64,000 nt of DNA from Novakomyces olei (Eukaryota). Shown here piece after piece: positions 1 through 11,092 of this stretch (position 1 is the stretch's first letter; each line of letters begins with the position of its first letter). Location: NCBI GenBank assembly GCA_016906335.1, contig JADEYG010000009.1, positions 186,001 through 250,000 of the forward strand, read 5' to 3'. The notes beneath the pieces are model-generated. The model searched no databases and was not told the DNA's origin. It saw only the letters and a program-made list of their open reading frames with translations. Both the position numbers and the translations under genes were made by a program.

Positions 1-1532
1 CTTTGATCGAGAGCTGTCAGACGCAGCAACGAGGCAGAGCTAGTCCTTACTGAACAGCCTCCTCGATCGACAGGAGCAGCAGCAGAAGGCTCGTTGCCTT
101 CTAGCTCTCTGCCAGCGTCAATCACTGTCCATTTCGAGGACAGAGACTGTGAGGGTCTCACTCCAGGCCATCCAGTGTTCGGCGTTCGGGCTGAAGGGTA
201 CTGTAGCACCTCAATTTCGCCCTGCAAATACTGCTGTTGGCCTGCTGGCCCAGGCCAGCTTTGCTGCAGCGAGTGGAGCAGCGAGTTTGAGGGAGAAAAG
301 ATATGTGTGTCCTCAGAGGCTGCCGAGCCAGACGGCCATACGGAGTCTGTGGGAAAGGGCGGGATAGTGGGACAGGCAGTATGCACATTTAAGCCTAAGC
401 TGGTGCCCTGTCCGGAGGAGCCGAAAGCGAGAGCGGAGCAGGAAGAGGAAGCCGGAGCAGAGGAAGAAGAAGCTGAAGCAGCTGAAACGGCCGAGACGGG
501 CGTTGAGCTGGTGGCCAGAGCCGAGGCCGGTTCTAAAGGCAGTCTGCGAAGGCTATCGGGCTCCAGAGTATCCGTAGTAGTAGTAGTCATAGCTGCTTGA
601 AACTGGTGCCTATAGTTTGAGGTCGGCCAGGGCTGAATTGTACAGTCAGCTTTGTCTGGCACGTCTTCCCACGGAGACAATGGCGTACTCGTATTGAAAG
701 GGCCAACAGCTCTTTCTCTGTTATTGTTACTGCTACTGCCTTTGGCATTGTAACTGCTGGGACTCGTCAGTTCACCCGTCTCAAACTGCACAGGCCCCGT
801 CTCTGCACGAACGGATCCGTGACCGGAAACTGCTGTGAAAATGCACTCAAGATTGAGCCGTTTACAGTTTGAGCAGCGAGAATCGCTCTCCGAATTATTG
901 TACCCACTGCACCGGACTTTACGTCTCCGGCAATAAGAGCATGCAACAGCTGCTCTCTGCCTTTGCTTGTTGAGCAGCATTCGCTGGCCCAATAACTGAG
1001 TCGCTAGAGCGTCGTCGGCTGCCGTAAATTGCCGTGTAATGTACTCTGGATGAGTGATCGACCACCGGCGTGAATGAGCAGAAAGGTTGGCCTGCAGAGT
1101 CGGAGCGGAGGCACCTGGCTCCGACTCGGCAGTGCCTGGAGCCGAAGCCGAAGCCGAGGCCGAGGCCGTCGGCATTGGCATTGGCATTGGCGGCTGGATC
1201 GGAGAGTGAGCAGCCGCTGTCTGCCCAGACTCTGCTGGCCTGAATGTGGCACTTGGCCTCTGCCAGTTCCCAGATGCAAAAGTCAGAGACGAGTGCTCTT
1301 CTAGCGACTCATTTGCCTCTAATAACGACTCGTCTTCCTTCAATGTCCCTGGCACAATGCCCACTTTGTCTTTTGCTGCTTTTGCACTTGGGCCGGGGTC
1401 TGTCTCGGTGGCGCGACTTGCCTCGCTTTCCTGTGTCCCGGGGATACTCAGGTTTCGCAACCTCTGCTCAAAGTACAAGCGACGTTTTTGGCGGGGGGAA
1501 TCGCGCTTATTTTGTGCGTCTCGTGCGTTCAT
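1..1532 (-). CDS. Zn2Cys6 (GAL4-type) fungal transcription factor, 3'-partial (runs off the window start)
   Basis: Absent from the ORF track because its stop lies outside the window. Open minus-strand frame from ATG at 1532 (in-frame TAG immediately upstream): MNARDAQNKRDSPRQK...MLLNKQRQRAAVACSYCRRRKVRCSGYNNSESDSRCSNCKRLNLECIF (zinc cluster ~835-945), then Ser/Ala-rich low-complexity sequence. Confidence 0.9.
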   Translation of the reverse strand, partial: MNARDAQNKRDSPRQKRRLYFEQRLRNLSIPGTQESEASRATETDPGPSAKAAKDKVGIVPGTLKEDESLLEANESLEEHSSLTFASGNWQRPSATFRPAESGQTAAAHSPIQPPMPMPMPTASASASASAPGTAESEPGASAPTLQANLSAHSRRWSITHPEYITRQFTAADDALATQLLGQRMLLNKQRQRAAVACSYCRRRKVRCSGYNNSESDSRCSNCKRLNLECIFTAVSGHGSVRAETGPVQFETGELTSPSSYNAKGSSSNNNRERAVGPFNTSTPLSPWEDVPDKADCTIQPWPTSNYRHQFQAAMTTTTTDTLEPDSLRRLPLEPASALATSSTPVSAVSAASASSSSAPASSSCSALAFGSSGQGTSLGLNVHTACPTIPPFPTDSVWPSGSAASEDTHIFSPSNSLLHSLQQSWPGPAGQQQYLQGEIEVLQYPSARTPNTGWPGVRPSQSLSSKWTVIDAGRELEGNEPSAAAPVDRGGCSVRTSSASLLRLTALDQ

Positions 1533-4500
1533 CTAGTTCCCTTCTTGGCAGATGCTCAATTCCCACCCCCCTCCTCCTGAGTTCCTTTTGTTTTGTGTTT
1601 ATCTGGTATTATTATATTTATTTAATTATTAATTATTTTTTGTTTTGCTTTTCTTCCTCTCTATTTTTCTGTTTTTTATTTCTCTGTTTCTACCTTGTTT
1701 TGGTTTTGGTTTTGGTTTGTTTTGGTTTTGTTTTGTATCTGCCTGTATTGCTCCAACTCTGGGTTTATTATCGGCGCTGTTTTAGTCGCTTTGTGTACTT
1801 GAGGGGTTGAGGGTTGGTTGGGGTGCGATACTGTACAAAATCGCCAAGGTGCCCCAGTATGCTTGAATGAGTCGCGAGTTTCGCGATATTTACGCGTTCG
1901 TGCTATGTAATGTAAAGAGAGTGTTATTGGAGCCGAATAAATATCAGTGATAAAGGAAACGGAAGGGAAGAATATAATAAGGAATGGAGTATTTAAAAAC
2001 GAGTGAAGGCAAACTAGTGTGTAGGCAGCTTGGAAACACAGAAAAATAGTCGAAGCCAAAAAAAGATAAGGAAAAACCTTAGAAGAAGGGCTAGCCAGGA
2101 TTGTACAGGAAATTCAAAGGAACTTGACGCAGGAACCGTGAAATTGGAAGGGAAAAAAATCAAAAAAAATAAAAGTACAAGTGCGATATCTGAGCGATTT
2201 TGCCACCTTTAAGAAAAGCCGGTGTAATGGTGCAGATATTTCTCCGCTTTGAACGGAAAAAAAAATAGCGAAACAATGACTACAAAGAAAAGCAATACAA
2301 AAGATGAACAGTATCGATGTCGAGATTTCGATGACTATGCGCTTTGCTAAGATTGGAAATCGCTAGCAAAAAATAGTTTAGCAAAGTATCGAAGGATAGA
2401 TAGAAAAGGAAAAGAAGGAATTAAGTCTGAGACTTGTCCTTTGCTAGCTGTGCGAGTGGCCAAGACACAAGTATCCCAATGCGTACAAGCCAAGATCGAT
2501 AATACTAAACAATCAAGGCACGGTAATTTGGAGTAAAAAGAATATCAAATTTAAATAAGAATAAGAATAACCAAAAAATAAAAATAAAAGAGTAGTCCGA
2601 TGCTGGACTTAGGCTCTCTGCACCTTTGTCGTTTTTTGTATTCTTTTAAACTGCTCCGTTGCCTCTAGTACTCCCCCTTCCTTCCTTTGCTTGTCGCCTG
2701 CTAGTGCTGCCGCTAAAAGGATGTGATTGATGTGATTGATGTGATTGCTGTGATGAAATATGCTGTGTGGGTTTTCATTCGTCTTTGCCTCGGGCGACAA
2801 AATAAGAATATGGCAATGAAATGTGAGCCACGCCTGCTAGTTTTTCTTTAGACTAGCGCCAATTGCCTCGTTTTGAGCTTGTTTGTCTTGGATTCTTTCT
2901 GCTCTGGTGCCTGTCTTTGTTTTGGACCCTTCTGTCTCAACAGCAGCTTGCCCGAAGGGGAATTTCAATCCAACTGATTAATTTGGAATTTTCCCTTGGG
3001 AGGAACTTGATGCCGCTTTAATACTGCAAAGAAAGGCGAGCAATTTATCATGCAGGTGAGCTACGATTGACATGTACAAAAAGCCTTTGTCCGTTTTGTG
3101 AATTTATTCTTTGCACTTTCATGTGCACACTAATGTTTACAACTTATTATATTGATTTCCTACACGCTTTTCAACGGTCCATGTTGTCACAATTTACTGG
3201 CATGCTCATTCGTTCTTCGATTATGGTTAATTGCTAATTTCGTTCGAATTTTTATTTATTTTTTTATTTGCAAGAACGGAGCTGGCATGTCTCAAGACTG
3301 CCATCGTCCCAAACGTTTGGCCCCCATCCTAGCGGAGTATCCAATATTTAGAGGTTCGCGCTAGCGGTTCGGCATATTCCGGCAACCTCGTAAAAAAGAG
3401 ATTTAAAAATGGCCGTTCGATACAAGTATAGCGTGGAAAGTCGATTTAGCTATTATGGATTTTACAGATTCCAAGATCTAATAACTTTTGCGTTTGCCCA
3501 ATTTAATTTGGGCTTTATTTTTATACACTGTATTTATTTTTGAATGTTTATGAATCAGTTTTCGCTCGTTCATACCAATTATGGCCAATCAGTCATGGTG
3601 ATCGACTGGCTGGTGCGTTTTTTTTTTCTAATTATAAATATAACTTTGAATGAAGGCTTAACTCTATTAATTTCATGCCTTTTCGGTGTAAGCCCACCAT
3701 TTACAAACTATTCCTTGATTACAAAGTGCTATAAGTATTTCACGAAGCTAGTTTCTTCCGCAAACAATTTTTCTGTCAAATCTTGCACCTTCTATTTCAT
3801 CGGCGTCGACGTGAATTGTTCTACCGCTAGTAAAGAAAAGTCTCATCTCATAGATGGGAAAGAACGATCCAGTAAGTCGTTACAATTTTACCTATCATGG
3901 CCGTCAAAACAAACAGGAGAAATAGTACTAAATCAGTTCACATTTAATCTGAAGGTTGGGATTGATTTGAAGGTTGGGATTGATTAGAGTTTAGGGAAAG
4001 GAATTCGGTTAAGAATGGGGTCAACTTGAGAGCTGACTTATCTCCGTGGTTATAAATGGTTGTGATCGACCTTTTATGCTTCGTTTGCTGATTCTCGTAT
4101 TTTTTATCATTTGTTCAAGCTGCTGGAGGTTATTTAATGCCTGTAAGCTTACGCAACCGAATGTATGAGAAGATTATTACGGTGCAGTTGAAATTTTACC
4201 ACGAGCCGCAAGGATAAAAGATTGCCATGATGATATTGCATGATGATATTTATCTTATAAAAATGTATGAGAAGATATCGATCAGGATTGTCTAGCTGCA
4301 TCGGTAGATGTTTTTGTTTGTTTTAAATATAAATATTTATCACTACCATGTTTCTCGGTTTAATTGGAAGGAAAAAGTCAAATTATACATAAAGTCGTTG
4401 GAAAGATAGCATTAACCTTTCGAGGACTATTTTGATCTATTTTCGTGCGCCAGAATTTGGATCTAGCGCGAAGAGCGCTTAAACTAAAATGCGAATGACA

Positions 4501-5640
4501 GTGATGAAGATGCATTTAGAAAGTTTCTATTTGGAATGGATTTTTAGATTGATATTAGGCAAAATCGAACACACGATTTAGACGAAGCTGCACCTTTTTT
4601 AGTGCAAAATAAATAGCGCAACTAAACAGACTCTAATCTGGGAAGCAATAATCACATGTGTCCAGCCTCAAAGCGAATCTGGATTTTCCAGCGATGAAAT
4701 TGAGACAAGCAATAAATAGAAAAAGAAGACATTTCCATCAGCAATGATCAAATCAAATCGTGTAAAAAACGAATTGCCATTCTTAAGGATACGAGCAGGC
4801 CAAGGCTTGTCAAAAGGCTGAATATGAACAATATTAGACCGTATTGGAAGTCAATTTTAAAAGAAAATAGTCATTTTGAAGAAAAACGCAATTACACAAA
4901 TCATGAATTTGACGCCTTTTCAAGAAGCAAGGACTAAGACCCTCGGATAGATTCTAAAAGGAAAAACAAGAAAACAATAAAACAAGAAAATCAAAGGATA
5001 GTTGAATGAAAGAATAAAAGATTAATGAGGCATGTAAAAGGAATATTAGCGAAAGTGTATTAGTTACACCAGTTTTCTGTATAATATTTACATATGGTCA
5101 CTAATCTTTGATTGCAAGGCACAAAGTAATCTACGAGCCAGTATAGTCAACAGAGAAGCAGATTAAAAAGTAATCAACGTATTTTCATAATCGCCGCTTA
5201 TCTGCGGTTTCGGTACGTCAGAGGTTTGTCCGACAGTGTCGGAAAAACCGTATTGTGAAGGAAACTGGGCAGAGTAGACACAATTTTTATACACAATTTC
5301 AATTTCGTATCCTTACTGGAGCTCACAATAATTGCCGTTCGGCAAACGCGACGGCAAAGAAGATTCATAAACAACCGCGGCAATAAGAATTCTTATTCCA
5401 GACCTGAACGGCTTTGAAGCCCGCGAAATATTTTATTTACCTATCTGCCATCTAAATACGGGTACCGCTGTCAGTACAATTACTCTTTCGGCAGTTCGTA
5501 TTTTATATTATTGACAATACCGATTTTCAGGCCGCCTTTGATCCCACCGTCAGCCGTGCCTCGCCTGAATTAGAGGCGAATAATCCGTGAAATAATCAGG
5601 CAAAAAGAGCGAAATACAAGCAGACTAGTTTTGATGGAGA

Positions 5641-7301
5641 ATGGATTCCTTTCGGATTTGGAGGCGCTCTTATGCGCCGTATATTGAGAAACTGCGGCAA
5701 TCAAATCCCGACGAAACGCAATGTTTAGTAGTCGATTTCGAATCAGATCAGGATCCGATGCGACCTTCGAATTTTGGTCATGGGACTAAAGCTCTTTGCA
5801 CTGCAATGGTCTCTTTAATTGCTATTATTTCCACAATGGCCTCGTCCGTCACGAGCGGGGCCCACAGTGATATCGCGCAAAGCTTTGGGGTTTCTTTGGA
5901 AGTAGCAGAAATGAGCACTTCGCTATTTCTCTGCGGGTTTGCTTTTGGCGCTATCGTGCTGGCGCCCCTTTCCGAAGAAATCGGTCGCCTTCCTGTATAT
6001 ATAGGTATGGATGATTGCTTTATTTTGTTTTATTTATTTATTTAATTTTTTCAAAGTCTGTTTTGTTTTGTGCAATTTTTATCCTTTCTTCGTTTCCGTC
6101 GACTGTTTTGTGCCAACGTCAATCAGTGAGTATGTCGTGTTTTGCCCTGTTCCAAACTGGAGCTGCTGCTTGCCACACAATGGCGCAGCTCGCTATCACC
6201 CGTTTCTTTGCCGGTTTTTTCGGAGCCACTCCTCTCAGCAACGCCGGTGGCACTCTGGCGGATATATATACAGCCAAAGAGCGGACATTTTTCTGGCCAA
6301 TTTTCGCCAGTTTTGGGTTTATCGCCCCCGTGATTGGGCCTATAGTGGGCGCTTACACTTCGGCGAACCATCATCTCGGCTGGCGCTGGGTCAATTATAT
6401 TACGGCTATTATGGGCTACGGAATGGCTGGTCTTGTTACGCTCTTCATGCCGGAAACTTATAGCCCCATGATCCTCGATCTAAAAGCCATGTCAATTAGA
6501 AGGCAAACTAAAGACTCACGGTTCACGTCGACTCATGAACTCGTTCTCAACGGTAAAAGCCCGTTTCGGCCACAAATCTATTTGCGTCCTTTCCGGTTCT
6601 TTTTCATGGAACCGATAGTCACGTGTTTCACAATGTACTTAACAGTGGCTTACATCATCCTCTTCACCGACTTTGAGTCTTATCCCATTATTTTCGGTAT
6701 CTTTGGCTTTAGTCTGGAGAAGAGTACTCTACCATTTTTCGCTGTACTAGTAGGCATAGTGGCCAATTGTTTCATTATGACTCCAATATCTATTTGGGTG
6801 TTTAATAAGCACGCTAAATCCTCACCCGATGGAACGGTCCAGCCAGAAGTTCGTCTGGTACCTTTATGTATTTGCTGCTGGTGCCTTCCAATTTCGCTTT
6901 TTTGGTTGGCCTGGACTGCTTATGGCTCTATTTCACCCTGGCCTGCCATTGTATCTGGGTTCTTTTTCGGGTTAGGGTTATTGCAGGTTTTTATTACCAG
7001 TTATTCATACATTATGGACAGTTATGGGAGCAATGCCGCCTCTGCTATGGGGACATTGACGCTTGTGCGGTACAATGTGTCGGCCGGATTTATACATATT
7101 GCTGATCCAATGTACCATAATTTGGGGGTTCATTGGGCGGCTTCGCTGTTAGCCTTTCTTAGTCTGGCGGTGTGTGTTTTTCCTTTCGTTTTTTACCGCT
7201 ATGGACCTCGTGTCCGGGCAGCGTCAAAGATGGCTCCTCATCTAGTGCAACCGCCGCCGGCGAGAGTCCAGAATGATACAGAGAAGGGCAGCCAACCGTG
7301 A
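5641..7301 (+). CDS. MFS multidrug/polyamine:H+ antiporter, DHA1 family (2 exons: 5641-6004, 6127-7301)
   Basis: Motifs APLSEEIGRLPVY, RFFAGFFGATPLSNAGGTLADIY, GWRW, PETY, PEVRL and about 12 hydrophobic segments. Intron GTATGG..AATCAG joins PVYI to VSMSCF in frame. The exact start is not certain. Confidence 0.9.
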
Positions 7302-8185
7302 TTCGAAATGGGGATTGGCGCCTAATCAAAATAGAGGGATATCTATGTATGAAGTTTACGTTTAATTATAATAGCAAAGGAAGAGAGGAGGGATGCAAGG
7401 AAACAACATCTTTAATAACATCTATATAGAGAGAAACAAAGGCTCAGTGGAAAATAGATGGAGACCGAGAGAGAGCTTGCAAGGACTTTTGTATATAGCA
7501 ATCTCGGTAATCTTGGCCAGGCAAGGGCAAGCAGAGTCAAGGGATTGATTTGGCTTGGGTGGGTGGGATTTAATCTGATTAGATTTATATACAATTCCGA
7601 TTTCAACGAGCGTAAAGACCCAAGAGCTGATATTTATCAGTAAAAGGTGCAGTTTTCTATTAGCTCCAAATGCCGACCTCGTACATACTACCAATCGTTA
7701 GTGACCCTAACCCTAATACCGTCTGATGATAACCCTATTGGCGAGCCAACTCGTTGAATTCAGCCACGAACATTATATTAGGGCTATAGGTAAAGTTGTA
7801 ATACATCACGATTATTGCCACTATATTTCGAATAGGCCTTATCTACCGGAGTTTCACCATATAATTAATTAATAATTATTCCTCCGTATCAGGAAAAGAA
7901 ATGACGTGGGTACACTATAATTGCCAAGGCTGCCAAATATACGGTAGAATTTAGATTATTGTTAAATTATTGTCATTCGGGGCCGCAGTGCAAAGGAAAT
8001 CGTCCAGAGTGAATGGTTTCGCTTTAATTCAATCCGCTATTTTTGCGCCCGTTGGAACGGCGATCACGAACTAACGTAGTATACTTTTGTTCTTATTTTC
8101 TTTTCGCGTACCTCTCTGTGGCGCGGTTTGCAGGGGAAAAGGGTGTCTTTCGATCTGCTCTCCCTTCTTTTCTGTTGTCGATGCA

Positions 8186-9286
8186 ATGGCGTTGCGAACT
8201 TATTTCGCAATTCTTCCCACAATATGCTCTGTCGCTGCATTCGCACTGGGTATAATGGTCCTTATTGCACAAACAAATGATATTGCTGTGATCAACCGAT
8301 TATGGTTCATTCAGGTACGGGAAAGAGGATTAAATCGGCTCCAAAAGTTGATATTAGAGGTTACAAAATTCGGGAAAAATGGGAAAAAATAGGAGAAAAT
8401 AAGAAAAAATAGGAAAATAAAAAGGAAAAGAGGTTTTTTGCCATACACAGTTTATACTAATGTCAAGCTGAACACGAGCCAAATAGTCACTACGCCAGAG
8501 TACTCAACATTTGTGCAAACAGTGGCTCGTGACTTGGGATTGCATGATTGGTATTCGACAGGGTTATGGACATTTTGCGAGGGTCTCAACGGCAGTTGGC
8601 AGCATCCCACTCATTGCCGCACGCCAGAAACGGGATATGTATTCAATCCTGTACGCGTCTTTGAGGAAGAACTTTTTGAAGGTCAAACGATTATCCTACC
8701 GGATAACATTAATTCCGCTATTGCTATGCTAAGAACGGCTTTTAATTGGATGAAAGCCTTATACGTTGTCGGTACCTGTTTTCTGTTTCTCGCTGCGGTT
8801 GTGGGAATTTCTTCGTTTTTCAATCGTGCCGGTTCGATCGCAACGAGTATACTCAGTTTGGTATGGACATGCAAAAACTAAAACATTAAACAAAAATCAT
8901 TGCAATTTGAATACAAATATTTAAAAATAAAACATTTAAGAATACAAACTCTAAAGAATACTGCGCCGTAAGCAACTCGCAGGACGCAAATAACTCGTGA
9001 CCTTTACAACAAGTTCTAACTTTAGATTGGCGGCCTCTTCTTCACTGTGGCCACAGTGGTAGCCACAATACTTTTCCGCATCCTGAAAAATGTTATTGAC
9101 AACGAAATTGACGAGGTCAATTTAAGAGCCAATATTGGCGTTCCGCTCTTTATTATATCATGGTTTGGTTCTGGGTTTAGTATTGTTGCTTTTTTCCTTT
9201 ATTGTGCTACTTGCTGCATGGCTTCGCGCACGAGACGGAGGCCGTGGGTCCCCCGGCAGGAGCCTATGAAACCGCCTTACGCTTAG
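8186..9286 (+). CDS. SUR7/PalI (claudin-like, Pun1-type) membrane protein (exons 8186-8314, 8468-8860, 9026-9286)
   Basis: N-terminal TM MALRTYFAILPTICSVAAFALGIMVLIA, loop motif LGLHDWYSTGLWTFCEG...C, three further TMs. Introns GTACGG..TACTAA..AAG and GTATGG..TTCTAAC..TAG keep the frame. Confidence 0.85.
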
Positions 9287-9562
9287 ACGCAATTGGATGT
9301 AGAGATTAACGGTATATGACGAAAGGTATTGCAATTCTAATAAACGCGCTGGTGATGGTTTGCAGATGGTTTGCAATTGTATTTTGTTTTGATGCGTCTT
9401 TTATGCCACTAGACTCTGCTCGTACTGTACCCTTGAACTGCAGCGCGGCAGGTGGTAGAGATCGTAGCGCGTAAGACTCGTCTAGTATGAGCCTTGGCAT
9501 AAGCACTTCATATTAAAAGCGGTATTAAGAGCGGTACTATTATGTATAAAACTCGTCAGCAT

Positions 9563-10388
9563 CTATCGGCCCATCCAGCCACCGTCTACGGTAATACACT
9601 CGCCCGAGATGTACTGTGCGCCTCTAAAGCTGGCGAGGAGCAGGACAACTGCCTCAAAATCACAAGGCGCCCCCCATCGGCCAACGGGAATCCGCTCAAG
9701 GATACTGGCAGCCCTTTGCTCGTCGGCGATAAGAGCCTCGTTCATGTCTGTGCCAATGTATCCCGGAGCGACGGCGTTAACACAGATCCCTCGACTGGAC
9801 CATTCGTTGCTCAGCGTCTTTGTCATTGTCAGAATACCGCCTTTAGCAGCAGCGTAAGCCGGGATACGCAGTCCGCCCTGGAAGGACATTAGGGAGGCCA
9901 CGTTTATAATACGGCCGGGGACTCCACGTGAGAGCAGGTGCTTCCCTACTGCTCGCGCCAGGTGGAAGCAGGCAGTCAAGTTAACCTGCAAAACCTCGCT
10001 CCAGTCGTCGTCGGGAAAGTCTTCGGAATTGTGCCTCCGCTGAATGCCTCCGCAGTTGACAAGGATGTCAATCTGCCTCCCACTGGACACAATATCGTCT
10101 ACAAGGACAGTCGTCTGTGCCGCATCGGCCAAGTCGCACACTACGACTGTGCACTTTACGCTTCGCAGAGCCTCAATGTCGCGCCGAGTAGGAGAGTCCT
10201 GGTCCGCGTGTCTTTGCACAAGTATAATATCGGCTCCCGCTCGAGCGAGGGACAGAGCCATTGCCCGGCCAATACCACGCCTGCCTCCACTGGATTGTTA
10301 GTAGCTTTAGTGCTGAGGGCGCCTACGTGATCAGGGCAGTTTTGCCTTCAAGGCCAAACAGCGATTCCAAGTACCCGGGCTGAGCCAT
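9563..10388 (-). CDS. Short-chain dehydrogenase, KduD-like (2-dehydro-3-deoxy-D-gluconate 5-dehydrogenase family); exons 10388-10327, 10289-9563
   Basis: A 37-nt intron (10290-10326, GTAGGC..TACTAAC..CAG) restores [28 protein letters not shown] (Rossmann TGxxxGIG). Also [48 protein letters not shown] and VDGGWMGR, which are typical of the KduD subfamily. Confidence 0.85.
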
Positions 10389-10613
10389 AATTGACCACTG
10401 ATTTTTGTTCCACTGATTCGTAGACTGATCAACTGCGGTCTGCCAGTGTGGGGTTTGTGGGGATTTTTATATTCAGGGTGGGATGGCGCGGGATGGATGG
10501 TCGGGAGATGGATGGGGTGATAAAGGTAAAGAATTAATTAATTTACAGGATTTGAATCCTATTAAATTAATTTAAAATAATAAATTTACTTGAAGGTTTT
10601 AAACATGTATAAT

Positions 10614-10697
10614 TTGTTATACTGTGGGTATTTAATTGTTATACTGTGAAAATTTAATTGTTATACTGTGGATATTTATTTGTAATACTGTGGATTA
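10614..10697. repeat. 22-bp tandem repeat x~4 (TTGTTATACTGTGNNWATTTAW)
   Basis: Consecutive units ttgttatactgtgggtatttaa / ttgttatactgtgaaaatttaa / ttgttatactgtggatatttat / ttgtaatactgtggatt. Confidence 0.85.
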
Positions 10698-11092
10698 TTG
10701 AAATGCATAATGCAAGAAAATTGCAAAGTTATATAGTAATAATTTGTCTATTAATGAATTAAATTTATTTAAATCTAATTTAAAACTTGGTAAAAATTAA
10801 AATCTGGTTTGAGCTATACCGACATAATTTGGTACGAGTGACTTGTATACGCCAATAGTATACATTATATGGCGGTGATATAAATATAAAAAGTTATCTT
10901 ATATGGCCATAATTTCAACGGTAACGATGACTAAATAATTGTCTTGTACAATATTCATTTATATGGGCATCGCAATATCGATCAGTATATAGGTACTTAA
11001 TTGTCTTTGCATTGGACTACAAACTGCTGGAGAACTGTAAAAGAGCAAAAGGATATTTGGAAACAAACAATGTTTTTATTGCAAGAGATAAA

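Noticed and set aside
94..1810. Several plus-strand ORFs in the ORF track
   Set aside because: Antisense shadows of the minus-strand Zn2Cys6 gene or translations of T-rich low-complexity DNA.
3544..5063. Purine-skewed stretches that read like decayed coding sequence (possible pseudogene or transposon relic), with short direct repeats at ~3951/3969 and ~4161/4262
   Set aside because: Stop density in the best frame is close to random expectation for this AT content, and I recognised no protein motif, LTR or TIR. A tblastx/HMM search would be needed.
10614..10697. CRISPR-like appearance of regular repeats
   Set aside because: Units abut with no unique spacers, the context is eukaryotic and there are no cas genes.
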